64,000 nucleotides of DNA from positions 3,520,001 through 3,584,000 of the forward strand of contig OY762897.2 of the NCBI GenBank assembly GCA_963666515.2, in the 5' to 3' direction. The translations under genes and the position numbers were made by a program. Below, piece by piece: positions 62,773 to 64,000 of the stretch; the stretch's first letter is position 1, and each line of letters begins with the position of its first letter. The DNA comes from Candidatus Binatia bacterium. Its GTDB lineage: Bacteria > Desulfobacterota > Binatia > UBA9968 > JAJDTQ01. Below the pieces are notes generated by a model, which was given only the letters and a program-made list of their open reading frames with translations, was not told where the DNA came from and searched no databases.

Positions 62773-64000
62773 TCAGAACTGCCGGACGAAGCGGATCTCG
62801 CCGCTGGTACGCTTGTAGTCGTGGGCCTGGGCGTTGGAGGAGCGGACCTCCCGCACCAGCGCCACTTGCGGACTGAAACCCATGAGCGTAAAGGCGCGGT
62901 TGAAGACCGACGCCCGGAGGTTGTAGGTCCTGTCTTCCCGGGAAACCCCTCCCGGCGTCAGGTACCCCCAGTTGCCCCGGTAATCCGTCCAGCGGTAGCC
63001 GCCGCCGCCGCCGACCGTGAACCCCAGCGGCAAGGCCACGGACACGCCGGCCTGTAGCCACCGGCTCTCGTTGCGGCTGGTCAGGGTCGCGGGCCGATCG
63101 CGTCCGTGTCCGGCGGTCAGGTCGAGCCGCACGGTGGGCGTCAGCAGGAAGCCGGCGCCGGCCGTGACGCTCCGCACCGGTCCGTCCAGGTGGTTCCGCC
63201 CCCGGTAGCGGCGGTCGTGCCACGACGCGGTTCCGTTGAGCATGAGGCGCCGGTTGAGCCGGTGCCTCATCATCAGCCGTCCGCCCAGGTCCAGGTGGTC
63301 CCTCGTGCCCCCGCTCCAGATTTGGCGCCCGCTGCCCAGCACGCTGAACTCGGTGTTCCGGCCGGCCAGCACCCGCGGACCGGCGTGCACCGACACCAGC
63401 ACCTTGTCGAACTTCTGCGCGGAGTATTCCCTGATCGACGCGTCCGCGCCGGCGCGGAGCCTAAGCCGGTCGCCCAGCGGGTGCTGGTATTCCCCGCCGG
63501 CCCACACCGCCAGCCCCACCCCCGACGTGGTCAGCTCCTCCTCGTCCCGGATGAACGGCAGCCCGAAGATGTAGATGGTCCTCTCGTCGGATGCGCCGCC
63601 GATGTTGGTGTCCGGCGCCAGCGCGAGGCCCATGTGCATGGTCCAGCGCCGGCGCGCCCGTATCTGCGAAAGGAACCGCCGCACGTTGGCGACCACCGCA
63701 TCGGGCGGGTCTCCGGCCAGGACGCGCTCGAAGTGCTCCCGCGACAGGCCGTCCTCCCGCTTGTAGAAGAACGCCCGCGCCAGCTCCAGGCGCACCCGCA
63801 CCAGGCCCGGCTCGTTCACCAGAAGCCCCCGGAGCGCGGCGATGGCCTCGTCGAGCAGCGCCAGCTTCTCCTTCCCGTCTTCCGGCGGCGCGCCCAGCGA
63901 CGCCTCGATCGCTGCCAGGGCCAGCAGGAAGGCCGCGTTCTTGTCGTCCGGGTGCTCCGCGGCCCACGAACGCAGGACGCCCAGCGCCTCCATGTAACGG
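62773..64000 (-). CDS. Surface lipoprotein assembly modifier (Slam/DUF560, T11SS) family; 5' end outside the window
   Basis: TPR-like RVRLELARAFF, then LAPDTNI and an amphipathic beta-barrel ending FVRQF. Confidence 0.82.
   Translation of the reverse strand, partial: RYMEALGVLRSWAAEHPDDKNAAFLLALAAIEASLGAPPEDGKEKLALLDEAIAALRGLLVNEPGLVRVRLELARAFFYKREDGLSREHFERVLAGDPPDAVVANVRRFLSQIRARRRWTMHMGLALAPDTNIGGASDERTIYIFGLPFIRDEEELTTSGVGLAVWAGGEYQHPLGDRLRLRAGADASIREYSAQKFDKVLVSVHAGPRVLAGRNTEFSVLGSGRQIWSGGTRDHLDLGGRLMMRHRLNRRLMLNGTASWHDRRYRGRNHLDGPVRSVTAGAGFLLTPTVRLDLTAGHGRDRPATLTSRNESRWLQAGVSVALPLGFTVGGGGGYRWTDYRGNWGYLTPGGVSREDRTYNLRASVFNRAFTLMGFSPQVALVREVRSSNAQAHDYKRTSGEIRFVRQF

Overview
GC-rich bacterial chromosomal window. 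The gene content (TTT transporter, fused family-III CoA transferase, UbiD, LVIVD protein, thiolase/DUF35, deltaproteobacterial-type pil and dnaK loci, TPR and Slam proteins) suggests a Binatia/'Deltaproteobacteria'-like organism, possibly host-associated; this is inference only. A housekeeping core (pilB-pilC-pilA, ppdK, glyQS, recO, grpE-dnaK-dnaJ-lon-thiL-larB-archease-HD) is flanked by accessory catabolic, metal-uptake and toxin-antitoxin genes. Main highlights: (1) a long minus-strand ORF missing from the ORF track (1466 to the window edge) with Rep_trans-like and winged-helix features, preceded by a ~150-nt multibranch fold ending in a GCGAAGC mini-hairpin plus CTAG, which is a candidate uncharacterised rolling-circle-type mobile element; (2) a split ORF that is really a selenocysteine-containing GrdB-family reductase with a SECIS-like hairpin, next to a GrdE-family partner lacking the usual pyruvoyl-forming Cys and a TTT transporter; (3) two families of short palindromic repeats inserted in-frame into enzymes or supplying stop codons; (4) a 374-bp duplication of the ubiD 3' end flanking a foreign islet with an IS3-like end; (5) two AAA-DUF4143 genes, each with a long palindrome at its 5' end; (6) a Slam/T11SS gene next to a lipoprotein subtilase. 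No rRNA, tRNA or CRISPR array was seen. All calls come from reading the sequence and motifs by eye; no database searches were run.
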